DNA of 57,186 nt from an uncultured virus (IMG/VR IMGVR_UViG_3300031840_000546) (Duplodnaviria > Heunggongvirae > Uroviricota > Caudoviricetes): IMG/VR virus record IMGVR_UViG_3300031840_000546; one strand, given 5' to 3'. Numbering within the stretch: position 1 is the first letter of the stretch; each line of letters starts with the position of its first letter. A program made the translations under genes and the position numbers. Under the pieces are notes generated by a model. The model had not been told where the DNA came from. It did no database searches and saw only the letters and a program-made list of their open reading frames with translations. Positions 53,812 to 57,186 of this stretch are shown here, in pieces.

Positions 53812-54699
53812 ATGGGTTCATTTTCTGATTTTAAAAAGCGTTCAAAGAGTAGCATCGGGGATCTAACTGCGAAGTTAGAACAAATGAATAAGAAGGAGTC
53901 CTACAAGGATGATCGCTTCTGGATGCCTCAACGAGATCAATCTGGTAACGGATACGCAGTGATTCGTTTTCTTCCTGCTTGTGAGGGAGAGGAACTTCCG
54001 TGGGCTAAGTATTACGAGCATACTTTCCAAGGTCCAGGCGGTTGGTACATCGAAAAGTCTCGCACGACACTGAATGAAAAAGATCCTGTTTCTGAAATGA
54101 ACAGTCGTCTTTGGAACAGCGGTGTTGAGTCTGACAAAGATATCGCTCGCGCCCGTAAGCGTCAAACACGGTATGTGTCTAACATCATGGTTGTCTCTGA
54201 TCCTGCAAACCCTGATAACGAGGGTAAAGTTTTCCTCTATCGTTTTGGTCCAAAGATCTTCAATAAGATCCAAGAAGCGATGCAACCTGAGTTTCAAGAT
54301 GAAGAACCGCTCAACCCATTCGACTTCTGGGGTGGTGCGGACTTCAAATTGAAGATTCGTAAAGTTGGTGGTTATGTAAACTACGACAAGTCTGAGTTTG
54401 CTCCATCGACAGAATTGTTTGAGGGTGATGACTCCGCTTTGGAGCGTGTCTGGAATCAACAACACAAACTCGGAGAGTTTGTTAATCCTGAAACTTTCAA
54501 GTCATATGATGAATTGAAAGAAAAACTTGATGCAGTCGTTGGTACTGATATCCGCGCCTCTGCTCCTGTAAAGGAGAAAACGATTGAGGATGTTCAACCC
54601 ACACCTTCCGAGAGTGTGAGTGATTCAACAGAGAGCGGTTCAAGTGATAAGCAATCCACTATGGATTATTTTGAGGATTTGATGAACGAGAATAGTTGA
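53812..54699 (+). CDS. 32: Single-stranded DNA-binding protein gp32
   Basis: DDRFW, GNGYAVIRFLP, GGWYIE.S.TTL...DPVSE.N, NPFDFW.GADFKLK, NYDKSEF; acidic tail. Confidence 0.97.
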   Translation: MGSFSDFKKRSKSSIGDLTAKLEQMNKKESYKDDRFWMPQRDQSGNGYAVIRFLPACEGEELPWAKYYEHTFQGPGGWYIEKSRTTLNEKDPVSEMNSRLWNSGVESDKDIARARKRQTRYVSNIMVVSDPANPDNEGKVFLYRFGPKIFNKIQEAMQPEFQDEEPLNPFDFWGGADFKLKIRKVGGYVNYDKSEFAPSTELFEGDDSALERVWNQQHKLGEFVNPETFKSYDELKEKLDAVVGTDIRASAPVKEKTIEDVQPTPSESVSDSTESGSSDKQSTMDYFEDLMNENS

Positions 54700-54721
54700 T
54701 ACTACGCTATTCTTCTCTCTC

Positions 54722-54748
54722 AGAGGGCCCTTCGGGGCCCTCTTTTTT
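54722..54748 (+). terminator. Rho-independent terminator (UUCG loop)
   Basis: AGAGGGCCC-TTCG-GGGCCCTCT-TTTTT. Confidence 0.9.
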
Positions 54749-54749
54749 A

Positions 54750-56807
54750 TTACGCAAGCAGTTGTCCTCGCATCGACTCAGATGCAGATGCTCTAAATGA
54801 TCCGTTTTGTGTCTGAGTGGACGCTCCAGAAACAGTCGTATTTTGAACTGAGTTTATACTAGACTGAGTATTATTTACCATACCTACACTATTATTTTGT
54901 GTCGTTTCAGATCCTCTAGCATTTTCAACATCATTATTCGCATTTATAACAGTGGTTGTTAATGACCCCCCAGTATTTGCGCCTAAACTAGTGGTTGTAT
55001 CATCAACACCAACGACATTACCCGAAGCGATTTCTTGAAGCGCCTCATGAAAACTACCGAAACCCATACGAGGAGATAATGATGCTCCAAGACCAAGAAA
55101 CCCACCTGTCATCTTATCACCCATTTTATAAAACATGGTTGATTTTAAATTTTCAAGTTCTTGATTGAATCTATCTGGTCCTAAGTCTCTCTTAATTAGA
55201 GAATCATCTTCTAATTGTTCGACCTTAGTATAATACTCTTTTGCAAGATCCCTAAAAGTTTCTTTGAGTTGTGTTTTCTTTCCCTCGTCCGACTCATTTA
55301 CAATTTGATCTGCAATCGCTGCCATTCTTCCCTCTAAAATACGAAGAGGAGTAATGTATCTCGCTGATAATGCTCTTGCTGCTGGATCTTCTGCTTGAAC
55401 CTGTTCTGCTACGGATGGTCCTACATCACCAGTTTGAACAGTTTCACCGAATGCACCGCCTATTCTTTGACCCGTATTAGGATCAGTAAAGAACGTAGCG
55501 GCTCGCGCCTCACCAGACTCAATCATTTCATCAGTGACTTCGCTACGACCCACTATTCTTTCTTTACCAGTTTCATCAGTTATTATAAATGCATCTTCGC
55601 CTGTCTCTGTTTGTGCAACACCCATGCTTCTTGCTGATGATCTGTTCATCCGAGCAAGATCCCTTTCAAATTTTTTATCCATCGCAGGACTGATTACATT
55701 ATCAAATATTGCTGTGCCTAAAATATAGCCTATTCCTGCTCCAGCGAGAACGGTTCCAGCAACAGTAGCGATTGATGCAGCACCAACAGAGGTTCCCATC
55801 AAAGTCATGAATGACGTTAAACCTGCTCTGACTGCCGCGCCTGCTGCTCTGGCTCTTGATCCAGCAGCAGCACCACCAGCCGCAGATGCCGCAGTACCAG
55901 CCGCACTTCCAGCAGCACTTCCAGCAGCACCAGCAGCGACAGCACCAGCACCTCTAGCAGCAGCACCCCTAGCAGCAGCACCAGCAGCACCCCTACCAAG
56001 TCCACGTTGAGCGATTCTAGCAGCAATCGCTTCATCAACAAGAGTTCCCTCCAGTATACTTCCTGCTGCGTCTCCTAATGCCTCAACGAGTGTGTTACTA
56101 TCACCATCGCCTGCGCCTGCAAGTCCCATCGCTGCCGTTAATTCATCCTCTCTATCGTCACTTTCTTTTTTCGATAATCTTTTAGCCTCTCTTCTCTCTT
56201 CTGCTTCCTCTGCTGATGTGGGTAATCCCGCAAAGTAGTCAGTTAATAGTTCATCAATGTGAACAATTGGAGGAAGTATCTCATCTATCATCGCATCAAG
56301 TGTAGTTGAAAATCCATCTTGTAGAATATTAGAAATTTCACCTATATTCCCTACGGCTCCACCTCCAACACCATCAGCGTCTGCTTCACCCTCATCATCG
56401 GGTGTACGGGGCTTGAATTTTTCTTCTTCTGCTCTTTGTTTTTTTGCCTCAAGAAAAGAAGATACGCCTGGTATTGCTCTAAACTGACCAACAATACTTT
56501 CTTTCACACCTTTTCTAATAATATCTCTTGTTCTTTTTAATACAGAATCTTTTGTGTCAACGATTTTTTCAATCTCTATGACATCACCCGCATCAAGAAA
56601 ACGTTGAGCGATTTCGTCAACTTGTTTTCTTGACATTGGTTTGGTTGTTTTAAAAATAACCTTACTTTTTTCCTCATCAAAACGTCTTACGCTATCAACA
56701 ACAAGTAAGTCATCAAACAAACCAGCGTTTTCAGCACTGATACGTCCCTCACCTAGTTCTACAAAGGCGTGTATTTTAAATGTAGACTTTTTTACCTTTT
56801 TTGCCAT
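54750..56807 (-). CDS. Tape-measure / baseplate hub-like protein
   Basis: Long helical Ala/Gly-rich core with a hydrophobic stretch and N/T/S-rich C-terminus; lies directly after gp26/gp51. Confidence 0.6.
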   Translation of the reverse strand: MAKKVKKSTFKIHAFVELGEGRISAENAGLFDDLLVVDSVRRFDEEKSKVIFKTTKPMSRKQVDEIAQRFLDAGDVIEIEKIVDTKDSVLKRTRDIIRKGVKESIVGQFRAIPGVSSFLEAKKQRAEEEKFKPRTPDDEGEADADGVGGGAVGNIGEISNILQDGFSTTLDAMIDEILPPIVHIDELLTDYFAGLPTSAEEAEERREAKRLSKKESDDREDELTAAMGLAGAGDGDSNTLVEALGDAAGSILEGTLVDEAIAARIAQRGLGRGAAGAAARGAAARGAGAVAAGAAGSAAGSAAGTAASAAGGAAAGSRARAAGAAVRAGLTSFMTLMGTSVGAASIATVAGTVLAGAGIGYILGTAIFDNVISPAMDKKFERDLARMNRSSARSMGVAQTETGEDAFIITDETGKERIVGRSEVTDEMIESGEARAATFFTDPNTGQRIGGAFGETVQTGDVGPSVAEQVQAEDPAARALSARYITPLRILEGRMAAIADQIVNESDEGKKTQLKETFRDLAKEYYTKVEQLEDDSLIKRDLGPDRFNQELENLKSTMFYKMGDKMTGGFLGLGASLSPRMGFGSFHEALQEIASGNVVGVDDTTTSLGANTGGSLTTTVINANNDVENARGSETTQNNSVGMVNNTQSSINSVQNTTVSGASTQTQNGSFRASASESMRGQLLA

Positions 56808-57004
56808 TATCGTTTCATACGAGAGTTTCTTGCTTCAATTCTTTTCTTTTCATCTTCTAACCATTTTTGCAATTGAAGAATATAAACTTCCCTTTCCCAT
56901 GGCATCATAGATTCTATTTCTTCAAGTGACCAGTTATGATGCTGCATCAGTTGAAAGTTGAGAACGTAATGAGTTCTCAGAGATGCGTGAGAAAGGGTTA
57001 ACTG
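56807..57004 (-). CDS. 51: gp51-like baseplate hub assembly protein (first Met at 56947; conserved sequence starts earlier)
   Basis: LSHASL..HY..NFQLMQHHNWSLEEIESMMPWEREVY (not in ORF track). Confidence 0.85.
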   Translation of the reverse strand, partial: QLTLSHASLRTHYVLNFQLMQHHNWSLEEIESMMPWEREVYILQLQKWLEDEKKRIEARNSRMKR

Positions 57005-57186
57005 AAAAAATCTTTCAGTCCGCGTAGCGTAATCTCGTATTCCTCCTTTGTATGTTTTTCCTCATCTATGATGAAGTATTTTACGGTGTGAGTTAGGGAC
57101 GGTACTGATTCACAAAATTCCATAATTTGTGTTAAGTCTTCGGTGGACATCTCTTCTACAAATTCAACAATGTCCTCAAGAGAATG
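56998..57186 (-). CDS. 26: gp26-like baseplate hub protein, C-terminal part (runs off the window)
   Basis: EDIVEFVEEMS...IMEF.ESVPSL.H...ITLRGLKDFFS*. Confidence 0.8.
   Translation of the reverse strand, partial: HSLEDIVEFVEEMSTEDLTQIMEFCESVPSLTHTVKYFIIDEEKHTKEEYEITLRGLKDFFS

Overview
The window is part of a large AT-rich T4-like myovirus genome (marine, non-cyanophage type), with no sign of bacterial chromosome, CRISPR array or IS element. In order it holds: fibre/adsorption genes (1-5228); a replication and nucleotide block (dUTPase, gp43, UvsX, gp41, gp61, ThyX, class II RNR; 5277-15040); a host-derived envelope/uptake cassette (porin, secreted dockerin-tailed beta-helix protein, TonB; 15130-18471); and a minus-strand late block of candidate head-internal proteins with T4-type capsid-targeting N-termini (about 19100-34500). 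Next come a GC-richer, apparently early island with a divergent vWA-peptidase/CobS-like AAA+ pair (36855-41720), small accessory genes, five tRNAs, a structured ncRNA candidate, Hsp20, gp33, gp32 and a tape-measure-like gene preceded by gp26/gp51. A dockerin-like tail, a PEP-CTERM-like tail and the TonB type suggest a Planctomycetota (Phycisphaerae-like) host; this is inference. Strongest leads: the possibly Pho-regulated porin/TonB cassette, a -1 frameshift joining gp26 to gp51, packaged modular polyproteins, a Shine-Dalgarno-displaying hairpin RNA, and leaderless early genes with palindromic operators. All family assignments come from motif recognition by eye; no searches were run.
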